A stretch of 64,000 nt of DNA, from contig CAYUWY010000037.1 of the NCBI GenBank assembly GCA_964448575.1, forward strand, positions 7,103 through 71,102, written 5' to 3'. The notes under the pieces were generated by a model that had not been told where the DNA came from, made no database searches, and saw only the letters and a program-made list of their open reading frames with translations. Made by a program: the position numbers and the translations under genes. Shown in pieces: positions 43,431 through 51,743 of this stretch (positions are counted from its first letter, which is position 1; each line of letters opens with the position of its first letter). The stretch comes from an uncultured Pirellulaceae bacterium. Lineage in GTDB: Bacteria; Planctomycetota; Planctomycetia; Pirellulales; Pirellulaceae.

Positions 43431-43454
43431 CTGCGATATTATTCACCACCACTA

Positions 43455-43778
43455 CTAAGATTCTGGCCTGTATAAACCAACCTTCCACTTGGTGTCGCAT
43501 TCAACGCAATCGTAAAAGATCTGTCTGTCTTCAGGATCCTCGTCCTTATTCAATTTCAATCCGCAATTCTTACAGTGGTAACTTCGAATCATCCACTGTT
43601 CGATAGCGACATAGCCAGCGAAGCAACAGGCGGTCAATCCAAAGCAGATTAGCCCCAGTATTCGAGACCACATGATTGCCCAGAAAGAAACACCAAAAGC
43701 AATCAAAATGGCCATCGCCCCAATGGCATTGTACAAAAAATAGTTTCTGCCGAACTCTCGATCATGTCGGATTTGCAT
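43455..43778 (-). CDS. Small 2-TM protein with C-terminal CxxC..CxxC zinc ribbon
   Basis: CKNC and CVEC motifs follow two hydrophobic helices. Confidence 0.7.
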   Translation of the reverse strand: MQIRHDREFGRNYFLYNAIGAMAILIAFGVSFWAIMWSRILGLICFGLTACCFAGYVAIEQWMIRSYHCKNCGLKLNKDEDPEDRQIFYDCVECDTKWKVGLYRPES

Positions 43779-43857
43779 TGGAGTTGCTATCGCTTTGAAG
43801 AGGAGAAATCACTAATCCGACGGTTGACTATTGCCAACCTCCGCTGATGTAGCTGTT

Positions 43858-44175
43858 TCAAAATTCTTGTCTCGCGGAAACGCAGCAGTATCCAATGTAT
43901 GCGATGAGTGGCAAAGTAACAAATAATCCGATAGCCGCCAGGTTTTTGTATTTTGCGACAGTTGTCGCCTCGGCGGCGGTCGTGTCGTTTGCGTTGCGGT
44001 AAATCATCGTGACTGAGAAAGCGAATATCCCTAACCCCATCATTGCAGGCGCTGCGAGGATCATTAATACAGGCGTCGATAGTTGAGGCGAGGATTCAAC
44101 CACCCACTGCCCCAAAGCGATCAGTAGAGCGGATACGAATACGAGACTGAGAAGGCGTTTGAGGCTGAATTGCAT
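43858..44175 (-). CDS. Small membrane protein
   Basis: Start moved to MQFSLKRLL (planctomycete-type FSLxxLL N-terminus). Three TM helices. Confidence 0.65.
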   Translation of the reverse strand: MQFSLKRLLSLVFVSALLIALGQWVVESSPQLSTPVLMILAAPAMMGLGIFAFSVTMIYRNANDTTAAEATTVAKYKNLAAIGLFVTLPLIAYIGYCCVSARQEF

Positions 44176-44210
44176 ATAAAAAGCAGATAGAAAAGCCAAG
44201 TTGATGGAGC

Positions 44211-44300
44211 GGAATAAACGTCTGTTCACAAAGCCGGAACCAGTGATCATGCACTTCAAAAGCACGTGCAAGCCCGGATTCGCGCGTGTGACCACCGGGA
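44211..44300. repeat. Degenerate second attC-like copy
   Basis: AGCCGGAAC..ATCATgCACTTCAAAAgCACGtGCAAGcCCGGATTCGCG matches 43362-43413. Confidence 0.5.
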
Positions 44301-44337
44301 AGATATTTTGATGATAATCGGTAGCCGACAACCAAGT

Positions 44338-44754
44338 CTAACTAAATGGTCCGTTAACAAAGGCAGCTACTATCCCGATCAAGACTGGGACCGTCAAAAT
44401 CGACGACACCCCAAACGCTATGACTGAAGTAAGACGGGGCGAGTCGGTTGCCCGCCAGTTAACCCAAACTGCAAATGAACTAATCAATAAGCCAAGAACT
44501 GGCACAACACTGAAAAGCACCGCAATCACCGCAACGCGTCTACCTAGTTTGCTTGCTGGGCCTTGTTGTATCGCCGGAGGATCCAACAGCATCAGTAGGC
44601 ATCCCGAAAATCCTCCAAGCAATGCACCTCCGAGAAGAATGATCACAAAAGGGACCTCTGATTCAGGTGCCGCTCGTAGACCCACCAAAACTCCGACTCC
44701 CATGCCAACTAGCGGACCGCTCCAGCGAGGAAAATTGTAGTTTTCTTTTAGCAT
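44338..44754 (-). CDS. Small 4-TM membrane protein
   Basis: Hydrophobic 138-aa ORF in the same orientation as its neighbours. Confidence 0.65.
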   Translation of the reverse strand: MLKENYNFPRWSGPLVGMGVGVLVGLRAAPESEVPFVIILLGGALLGGFSGCLLMLLDPPAIQQGPASKLGRRVAVIAVLFSVVPVLGLLISSFAVWVNWRATDSPRLTSVIAFGVSSILTVPVLIGIVAAFVNGPFS

Positions 44755-44829
44755 TTGACTTGGCGTAATAAGGTTATGGTCACCGCGGGAATTTGGTGCC
44801 TGATTAGAGGAACATGTATCAACTGCGCT

Positions 44830-44881
44830 TCATCTCCAGCGTTTGCCATTTTATGGTGTTGTTGGAATGCAGTACGTCCGA
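44830..44881 (+). repeat. Left copy of ~52-bp direct repeat flanking the CRISPR-Cas locus
   Basis: 27-bp core CATTTTATGGTGTTGTTGGAATGCAGT (44847-44873) is identical to 57802-57828, and the flanks are similar. Confidence 0.9.
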
Positions 44882-45019
44882 GTACTAACATCAAATTTCT
44901 CAAGCCTTTGAACACCTCGTAATTCACTCGCAACACAAGTGCGAATGCCAAACTAAGGTATCCCAAAAGATTGCAATAGCGTTTGGGTAATGCTAAATTC
45001 GGCTTCAGCGAGAAACAAC

Positions 45020-45152
45020 CTAGTTTAATGTTTCGCTTAAATTTTAGGGTAGCCGGAGCCGCCAGACTTCTGGATTAGATTAGCAATGGCCTGAACTCTG
45101 GCGAGTCCATCTACAAATGCAACCCTATTTTTAAGTTGAAACAAAGCACTAG
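45020..45152. repeat. Composite palindromic REP-like element
   Basis: Outer arms CTAGT..TGTTTC..CTTAAA..TAGGGT and ACCCTA..TTTAAG..GAAACA..ACTAG. Inner arms GTAG..CGCCAGA and TCTGGCG..CTAC. Confidence 0.65.
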
Positions 45153-45286
45153 TCCGATTTCCACTTCCATGCCTGCCGCCTGGAAACATGCTTTCGAGGC
45201 TCTCTTACGACTTCTCGGCTCATCATTTTCTTTAAAATTTCGGCCCGACGAGTAAGGTCACACCATCCAACGGCCAACACACTCAC

Positions 45287-47608
45287 ATGAATTTCGAAAG
45301 CCTTCTAGCCAAAAGTCATCTCGACGCCCTTAACGTGCATGCTTCATGCACACTCCACGGACACCTCAAAGATGTGTTTGAATCTTCGCAAGCAATTCTT
45401 GACTCCAACAGCAGCAGTCTTTTGGCCGCAATGGGTCTGCCGACAGAAGACTGGACAGATCGTTTAAGGGCCACCAACCTACTCGCGGCTGCCATCCATG
45501 ACATTGGCAAGGCAATCAATCATTTTCAAAAAGCCGTTCATGGCAAGGCGAGCCCAGACGATCGGCAGCCAATCCGCCACGAGTGGATTAGCCTTTGGAT
45601 CGCAACACAGCCGCTGGTGAAAGAATGGCTGATGCCAGCGGTTGGGAACTGTGAATCATGTTGGATTGTCGCGATGTTTGCTGTCGGTGGACACCACCGA
45701 AAATGTTTGCCGACTGATAAGTGCTTTGCCAGTGAATCCATTGTGGTTTATTCCGAGCACGAGGACTTTGCCAAATGCTTACGGCAGATTCAGGGTTGGT
45801 TTGCACTGTCAGATCCGCCGACCGTCAACGGTCTAGTCTATGAGGGTGCGAGAGACGGGGTACGAAGGAACGCGTTTTTGCAGATGCTAGACGGACTGGG
45901 AAGGCAGTGGCATCAACTCAAAAAGGATGATCAATGGAAGAAATTTTGCGCTGTCGTAAAGGCCACGTTGATTGGAGCTGACGTCGCAGGGTCTGCGCTT
46001 TGGGAACAGATTGGCTCGGCTAATCAGCGAGCGCAGTGGATTCAGTCAGCCCTTGAGCGAACCCCAACCAAAGCCGATCTGGAAGGCATTGTCCGCGCAC
46101 GTTTGGGACACCACCCACCTCGTGAATTCCAAAAGAACGTTGCCGCTTCCTCCGCCAGCGTAACGCTTGTGGAAGCAGGGTGTGGCGGTGGAAAGACTGC
46201 CGCAGCTTACATGTGGGCCGCACAGCAACACGCTGGACGAAGACTCTGGTTTTGCTACCCCACGACGGGCACCGCAACGGAGGGCTTTCGAGGTTATCTT
46301 TTTGACAAATTACCAGCGGATTCCGAATCGCGAGCCGACTTGTTTCATTCGCGACGCGAGTACGACATTGAGCGGATGCTGGAAAACGGCAAGGATGATT
46401 TCGATGAGTCTGATTCGACCGTGAGGATCGAATCACTACGGGCTTGGGATACCCAAATCGTTTCTTGTACGGTGGACAATGTTCTGTTTCTGCTACAGAA
46501 CCAACGTCGCGGCATCTATGCATGGCCTGCGTTAGCAAACTCTGCAATCGTCTTCGATGAAATTCACTGCTACGACGATCTACTGTTTGGCAATCTTTTG
46601 ACATGGCTAGAAAACCTTGTCGGGATTCCTGTTCTTCTAATGACAGCCAGTTTGCCAAAAGCAAAACGGGATGCAATACGCAACGCGTGTGAAGACTCAA
46701 ATCGAAGTCTGACACATATTCCACACGGCCCGATTGAACTTGAAGATTTACCGCGCTATCAAAACACTACGGCGATACCACTGAAACTCATTGACGATTG
46801 CGTTGCGGAAGTTGCCGACGAATTGGCTTCAGGCGGACGAATTCTCTGGATCAGCAACACGGTTGAGAGAACTCGAAATGTCGCTAAGCATGTTAGCGAT
46901 TACAATTTGGCAGCTCCCATATTTTATCACAGCCGGTTTATCTACAAAGATCGCCTCGACCGACATACAGATGTTGTTAATCTTTTTGAAACGGAAAACA
47001 ACGCTGGTTTTGCATCGACCAGCCAAGTCGCCGAAATGTCATTGGACTTGGGCTACGCGACTCTCCTGGTCACAGAGCTTGCACCAATACCTGCATTGAT
47101 TCAGCGACTCGGTCGCCTCAATCGCCGTGCCGATCCTTCAGCTGAACCGGCGGTTATATGCAACTTCATTGTGCTTGAGCCAATCAACAAGAACGACGAA
47201 TTCTCAGCGTTGCCTTATACCGATGAAGAACTGGAACTGGCCCGTCAGTGGTTGGCTGCACTGGGGCAGGGACCTGTTTCCCAATCCGACCTGGTTCGAG
47301 CCTGGAATGCTCTGGATGAATCTGTTGAAGTGTTCCCAGAAGACAGCGGATGGCTCGAAGGTGGAATCAACACACCTGTCGATTCAATTCGTGAATCAAG
47401 CTACGGAATTACAGTCATTTGCGACCGGCATCTTGCGTTGGCGAAGCGCGAGAACGCTGCCAAATATGCTCTGCCGATGGATCGACCAAAACGCGAGAAC
47501 TGGCAGGCAACCGATTTTCGCTTTCGTGGATTTCCAATCGCCAGCGATGACGCAATTGAATACGACCAGCAAACGGGGGCAAAATGGGCAACACACAATA
47601 TTTTTTAG
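45287..47608 (+). CDS. cas3: Cas3 HD nuclease-helicase
   Basis: HD motifs GHL, HDIGK, RHE, GHH and GAD. Helicase motifs AGCGGGKT, DEIH, MTAS, HSRF, QVAEMSLD and IQRLGRLNR. Confidence 0.96.
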   Translation: MNFESLLAKSHLDALNVHASCTLHGHLKDVFESSQAILDSNSSSLLAAMGLPTEDWTDRLRATNLLAAAIHDIGKAINHFQKAVHGKASPDDRQPIRHEWISLWIATQPLVKEWLMPAVGNCESCWIVAMFAVGGHHRKCLPTDKCFASESIVVYSEHEDFAKCLRQIQGWFALSDPPTVNGLVYEGARDGVRRNAFLQMLDGLGRQWHQLKKDDQWKKFCAVVKATLIGADVAGSALWEQIGSANQRAQWIQSALERTPTKADLEGIVRARLGHHPPREFQKNVAASSASVTLVEAGCGGGKTAAAYMWAAQQHAGRRLWFCYPTTGTATEGFRGYLFDKLPADSESRADLFHSRREYDIERMLENGKDDFDESDSTVRIESLRAWDTQIVSCTVDNVLFLLQNQRRGIYAWPALANSAIVFDEIHCYDDLLFGNLLTWLENLVGIPVLLMTASLPKAKRDAIRNACEDSNRSLTHIPHGPIELEDLPRYQNTTAIPLKLIDDCVAEVADELASGGRILWISNTVERTRNVAKHVSDYNLAAPIFYHSRFIYKDRLDRHTDVVNLFETENNAGFASTSQVAEMSLDLGYATLLVTELAPIPALIQRLGRLNRRADPSAEPAVICNFIVLEPINKNDEFSALPYTDEELELARQWLAALGQGPVSQSDLVRAWNALDESVEVFPEDSGWLEGGINTPVDSIRESSYGITVICDRHLALAKRENAAKYALPMDRPKRENWQATDFRFRGFPIASDDAIEYDQQTGAKWATHNIF

Positions 47609-47703
47609 TAATCGCCTTCCGGCGTAAACGAATAGACGTCATTCAGCACAGCTCAGCTGCAACTTTAGTGCTCAACGCTTTACAGCGTCAACGAAAATGC
47701 TAA
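47605..47703 (-). CRISPR. Degenerate single-spacer mini-array (crRNA-like RNA)
   Basis: Minus strand: TTAGCATTTTCGTTGACGCTGTAAAGCGTTGAGCAC (25/36 to the array repeat), then spacer TAAAGTTGCAGCTGAGCTGTGCTGAAT (27 nt), then GACGTCTATTCGTTTACGCCGGAAGGCGATTACTAA (24/36). Both stems are retained. Confidence 0.85.
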
Positions 47704-47771
47704 TGTAAAGATACAGGTGAGTTGTTCAATGTAAAGATGTAGATGAGCGTACTAAATAAAAAAGGTTGACA
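47703..47771. promoter_or_regulatory. Two tandem ATG-PAM partial protospacers overlapping predicted divergent promoters
   Basis: Sites are ATG|TAAAGATACAGGTGAG.. (47703) and ATG|TAAAGATGTAGATGAGC.. (47729). Minus strand has TTTACA-N16-TATCTT (47735-47708). Plus strand has an A-tract then TTGACA at 47766-47771, with no clear -10. Confidence 0.7.
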
Positions 47772-47825
47772 GATTCTCCGATTTCCCGCTCTATCCAAAT
47801 GCAGGCAATTAGATGAAAGGAATTT

Positions 47826-48356
47826 ATGATTTCTCAACCAAGACTAAGCGAGCGACAGATAGAAGCGATTCTCTCAAGAAGCGCGCGATCCCTGAAGCAA
47901 AAATACTGGCGAATGGACGAAAGCGACGATTGCCAAAACCAACTTCAAGAAAGACTGTCAGGAATTCTCAACTCAGCGAGTTTCCTTAAGAGCAACTACC
48001 CAGTGGCTTACCTAGCAAAGTCCCTACTCAACGCGGGAGAGCGGTTTTACCAAAAGAGACTACGTCAAATTGAAAACAATGTAACGAACCAAGACATCGA
48101 CGGACTGTCTCGCGAACATGGAATCTTTCGGGATAGAACAAATCGGTACGGCGATGAAAACGCAACGTTGACGTTGGACGTAGCCGAATTTGCGTCCACG
48201 CTATCACCAGAAGATCTTGTTTTGCATGAGCGTGTTTTGGCAGGCGACACATGCCGAGCGATTGCTTCGCAACTAGGAATTTCGCATGAGGCTGCAAACA
48301 AAAAAAGGAAAAAATATTTGTCCCGCGCACGATACTATTTCAGGAGCTATCAATGA
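47826..48356 (+). CDS. Divergent ECF/sigma-70-like factor (regions 2 and 4)
   Basis: Region 2-like DESDDCQNQ and AYLAKSLLN..RFYQKR. Region 4 HTH LSPED..GDTCRAIASQLGISHEAA. AAGGA RBS, and ATGA overlap with cas6. Confidence 0.7.
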   Translation: MISQPRLSERQIEAILSRSARSLKQKYWRMDESDDCQNQLQERLSGILNSASFLKSNYPVAYLAKSLLNAGERFYQKRLRQIENNVTNQDIDGLSREHGIFRDRTNRYGDENATLTLDVAEFASTLSPEDLVLHERVLAGDTCRAIASQLGISHEAANKKRKKYLSRARYYFRSYQ

Positions 48357-48967
48357 CCGCGATTGATCTACGTTTCCTCATTCATTCTCACGCTTCGATT
48401 CCCGCAGACCATAGCTACGCTTTGGTTGGAGCGGTCTCGCGGCTTGTTCCCGCAGCTCATGGAGGAAATGGCTACGCTCTGGCTCCGATCGCGGGCAGGC
48501 AAGTAGGCGGGCGGCAAATGAAACTGACTGACAATAGCCGTTTTGTCGTGCGAACGACACCGGAACTCATTCAACAGTTTCTTCCATTGGCCGGTAAGAC
48601 GATCGACATCTTTGGCACCAAGTTGCAATTAGGAGTGCCAAGTGTTCACCAGCTTGAACCAACCGCAGCCTTGCGAGCAAGACTTGTGACCATCAAAGGT
48701 TTCTTTCAGCCGGAACCATTCAAAGAAGCTGTGCAACGTCAGTTGGATAAACTCGATATCGGCGTTTGCGAGATTGTTGTCGGAAAGCAACGAACACTTC
48801 GGATTAAACGAAACGAAATCGTCGGCTTTGAAACAACCTTGCAGCAGTTAACTCCAGACGACTCATTGACTATTGCAACCCATGGAATCGGGGGGCGTCG
48901 CCATATGGGGTGCGGATTCTTCGTTCCATCGCAAAAGGAGGCTACCAATGGCGAAATCCAAGCCTAA
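48353..48967 (+). CDS. cas6: Cas6 (Cmx6, Myxan type)
   Basis: IPADHSYAL, ARLVTIKG and Gly-rich loop GIGGRRHMGCGFF. Confidence 0.93.
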   Translation: MTAIDLRFLIHSHASIPADHSYALVGAVSRLVPAAHGGNGYALAPIAGRQVGGRQMKLTDNSRFVVRTTPELIQQFLPLAGKTIDIFGTKLQLGVPSVHQLEPTAALRARLVTIKGFFQPEPFKEAVQRQLDKLDIGVCEIVVGKQRTLRIKRNEIVGFETTLQQLTPDDSLTIATHGIGGRRHMGCGFFVPSQKEATNGEIQA

Positions 48968-50654
48968 ATCAGTAGCGGCTAAAAAGAAAAAAACCACTAA
49001 GAAGAAAACGTCTTCGAAAAAAGCTGCCAAGAAAAAGCAGGCAAAGAAGAAAGTGCCAACGGGGCCTACTGAGCTTGAACTCTGGTTGCACGCACCCGGG
49101 ATGGACTCGTTGTTGCGTGCAGGAGTTGGAGGGCTGGCCTCGGTGCTGGAATCGCTGGAAAGTCAAAACCCACGTCGAGTCAAGTTGCCAGGTGCCCCTT
49201 GGAAAAACAAGCAGCCTCCATGGGAAATTACTACGGATCGAATCGTCTTGAAATTCGACAAACCTGAAAATGCGGAGGAGTATTTGAAGCGCATTTTTGA
49301 CTACGCTTTTCAAGTCAAGCAAGGTGAAAGCGCGATAGATCTTCCATCGACACATAGTGGCGATCAAACGAAACTTGTTCGCGCCCAACTACAACGCGGA
49401 CTCATGCTGACCTTTTTGCAGCATGGTCAAAGTCGAAAGGGCGCTAAAGCTGACGAAGACCGAACAGCACAGATCGACGACAAGCAAATCTCGTACTCAA
49501 TTCGTCCGTTGACTAGCTACAAGCACCAATTGGGTTACCAGGATCTTGTTGAGAAAGATGGAACACTTAAAACAAAGTCGCTCGATATCCCAGGCACACT
49601 TTTTCCGGGCGCCGCTGTCCGGCACAACAAGTTTGGCAACACAAAACATGAAGGTTCCCCGGCTGAGTTATTGGCAGCCTATTTCGCGTTGATCGGAACA
49701 ATAGCACTGCCGATCAACAGGGGCTCCGCAGTTTTGCTGGTTCCAGAAGTTCAAGATCTGCTTTCGTTTGGATATGGACGAATGCAAATTACTCCCAAGA
49801 CTTATCGTGATTGCCTCATCGGTGGCGTCGGTGATGCCGTACTTGGCGTTCACACCCGACTACGTGGCCACGAAATTAAAAGGAGGCTCGAAGTGCCAGC
49901 TGTTTCTGCGTTTCTGTTTCGGCCAACTGCTTGGGCGTCTCAACAAAAGTCCCGCGTCGCGGCTATTCGAATCGAGCCACTTGACCCTGGCTCGGACGCG
50001 ATCTTCCGATATGCGGTTGAACATTTCCGTCCTAGGATGAAGTCTCGGATGGTCAAAGTCGGCAAGGGAAAGAAGGCCAAGGAGAAAGAAGAATCGTTCT
50101 GGAGTATCAGCATGGTCAAACCATTGATCGCTGACAATCTTGCTAACGGCAAACCTTGGTTTCATGACTTCGCGAATTTCTTTATCCGCAACGATCCTGC
50201 CACTGGCAAGCCGTTGCGATCTCGTTTGTTTTTTGAAAAAGAAGGGCTATCTAATATGGTCAATTCTGACGTTTGGGATGACAAAGGCCAGAAGGCACTT
50301 GTCGCCGGTGTTCACTACGCTTTGTTTTGTCAGTTTGGAAGAATCAGCGCCGAATTTGGCTCGAACAAAGGCGGAATGCAAAACAAGTTCCAAAAGGAAT
50401 TTGAGAAATGGCGTATTCAGTTTGTCTCTTCGAAAACGGCAGACCAATTTCGGTTTGCAGTATGCGACTTGATGAGTCGAGCACGCGGCAACAAAGAAAT
50501 TCAAGAGAACTGGCAGCAGGTTTTACCGTTGCTTTCTGATTCCAGCTGGCAGCATGGACGCGACTTGGCTTTGCTGGCTTTGGCCAGCTACAAGGGCAAA
50601 GGAGACAAAGAAGCGGTCGACGCATCGGTTGAAGCTGACTCCGATGCTGCCTAG
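48948..50654 (+). CDS. cas8: Large subunit Cas8 (Cmx8), with probable internally translated Cas11
   Basis: PGM..LLRAGVGGL, TFLQH, PGAAVRH, LVPEV.DL, W..QQK.R and RDLALLALASY. AAGGAGG precedes the ATG at 48948. Confidence 0.9.
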   Translation: MAKSKPKSVAAKKKKTTKKKTSSKKAAKKKQAKKKVPTGPTELELWLHAPGMDSLLRAGVGGLASVLESLESQNPRRVKLPGAPWKNKQPPWEITTDRIVLKFDKPENAEEYLKRIFDYAFQVKQGESAIDLPSTHSGDQTKLVRAQLQRGLMLTFLQHGQSRKGAKADEDRTAQIDDKQISYSIRPLTSYKHQLGYQDLVEKDGTLKTKSLDIPGTLFPGAAVRHNKFGNTKHEGSPAELLAAYFALIGTIALPINRGSAVLLVPEVQDLLSFGYGRMQITPKTYRDCLIGGVGDAVLGVHTRLRGHEIKRRLEVPAVSAFLFRPTAWASQQKSRVAAIRIEPLDPGSDAIFRYAVEHFRPRMKSRMVKVGKGKKAKEKEESFWSISMVKPLIADNLANGKPWFHDFANFFIRNDPATGKPLRSRLFFEKEGLSNMVNSDVWDDKGQKALVAGVHYALFCQFGRISAEFGSNKGGMQNKFQKEFEKWRIQFVSSKTADQFRFAVCDLMSRARGNKEIQENWQQVLPLLSDSSWQHGRDLALLALASYKGKGDKEAVDASVEADSDAA

Positions 50655-50745
50655 CAACCTGAAACATTGAACAGGTGGCTGACCGGTCACCGTAACACAG
50701 CCTTTTCACTCAAAAAACACTTTCACAGGACCAAGGATTCAATTC

Positions 50746-51672
50746 ATGAGCATTCACATTTTCGCCAACATCGTTACAGATTTCGGTACAGCCGCCAACA
50801 ATCGCGGTGAAACAGAGGGCAACACAACAACACTTCAAAAATTGATTTGGCATGGAGGTGTTCACACCACGGTAAGTGCCGAAGCGATTCGATTCGCGGC
50901 TCGGCAAGCAATGGCTACCATGGAAGACGCTGGCACGAACCGGACGTTTGATGAAAAATTGCGAGTTAACACTTGGCAAGATCCAGCATTCAAAGGCTGG
51001 ACAGACAAAAAGAAAGCAAAAACGTTTATCGACGACGATGTACTAGGCTACATGCGAGCAGATGCTGCGAAAGAAGAAGGAAAAGCAGGAACGGCGACTG
51101 TGAGGCGCGCCGTTTTGGAAGTGACTCGTGCGGTTAGCCTAACTCCATGGAGCGGTGATACGACTTTCAATGCCGCGTCTCCGGGGGCGACCCCTTCCGC
51201 GGCAAAAAAAGGAAAGGATCCCAAAGTAAGTAATCCGGTTCCTTACGGGGCTGAAATTCATGCGACACGCTACCAGTATGGCGTGGCGATGACACCGGAA
51301 CGGCTACAAGACCCTTCACGCGCGGCCAAGGCTTTGAAAGCTCTTGTTGAATTGCGTTCCGTTGCTGGAAACCATGGACGATTCCTGTTTGATTTTTCTC
51401 CAGCTTCGGTCGTGTTTCGCGTAACGGACGATCCTGCACCACGACTACTTTATTGTTTCGAGACCAATGATGAAGGGCAAACCGTTGACGCGCAAGAACT
51501 GTTGCGACGAGTTAAATCCGGCGATATCGACGCGAGCGAATTGATCGTGGGTGGGCAACTTAGTGGGTCGAACACTGGTCAGGCGCTCAAAGAAGCCGGA
51601 GCAGATGTCCACGAAGGAATAAAAGCTGCGACTGCTGCAGTCTTGGAGAGAATCGAATCTGCGATCGCGTAG
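50746..51672 (+). CDS. cas7: Cas7 (DevR type)
   Basis: ANNRGETEGN.TTLQK, TTVSAEAIR, DDDVLGYM, EIHATRYQY and GNHGRFLFDFSP. Confidence 0.95.
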   Translation: MSIHIFANIVTDFGTAANNRGETEGNTTTLQKLIWHGGVHTTVSAEAIRFAARQAMATMEDAGTNRTFDEKLRVNTWQDPAFKGWTDKKKAKTFIDDDVLGYMRADAAKEEGKAGTATVRRAVLEVTRAVSLTPWSGDTTFNAASPGATPSAAKKGKDPKVSNPVPYGAEIHATRYQYGVAMTPERLQDPSRAAKALKALVELRSVAGNHGRFLFDFSPASVVFRVTDDPAPRLLYCFETNDEGQTVDAQELLRRVKSGDIDASELIVGGQLSGSNTGQALKEAGADVHEGIKAATAAVLERIESAIA

Positions 51673-51743
51673 AGCTCGTGTGATTTATCAGAAGCAACCG
51701 AACTCACCCGATTCAAACTCTTTATATATCCCAAGAGAAAAAC

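Noticed and set aside
45153-47786. Shared decamer TCCGATTTCC upstream of cas3 (45153) and of the sigma-like gene (47777) as a sigma promoter motif
   Set aside because: Two 10-nt copies without a second conserved box are too weak to call. Worth revisiting with TSS data.
47704-47825. CreT-type small RNA toxin next to the mini-array
   Set aside because: No strong RBS with a rare-codon mini-ORF and hairpin is visible. The regulated gene appears to be the sigma-like ORF.
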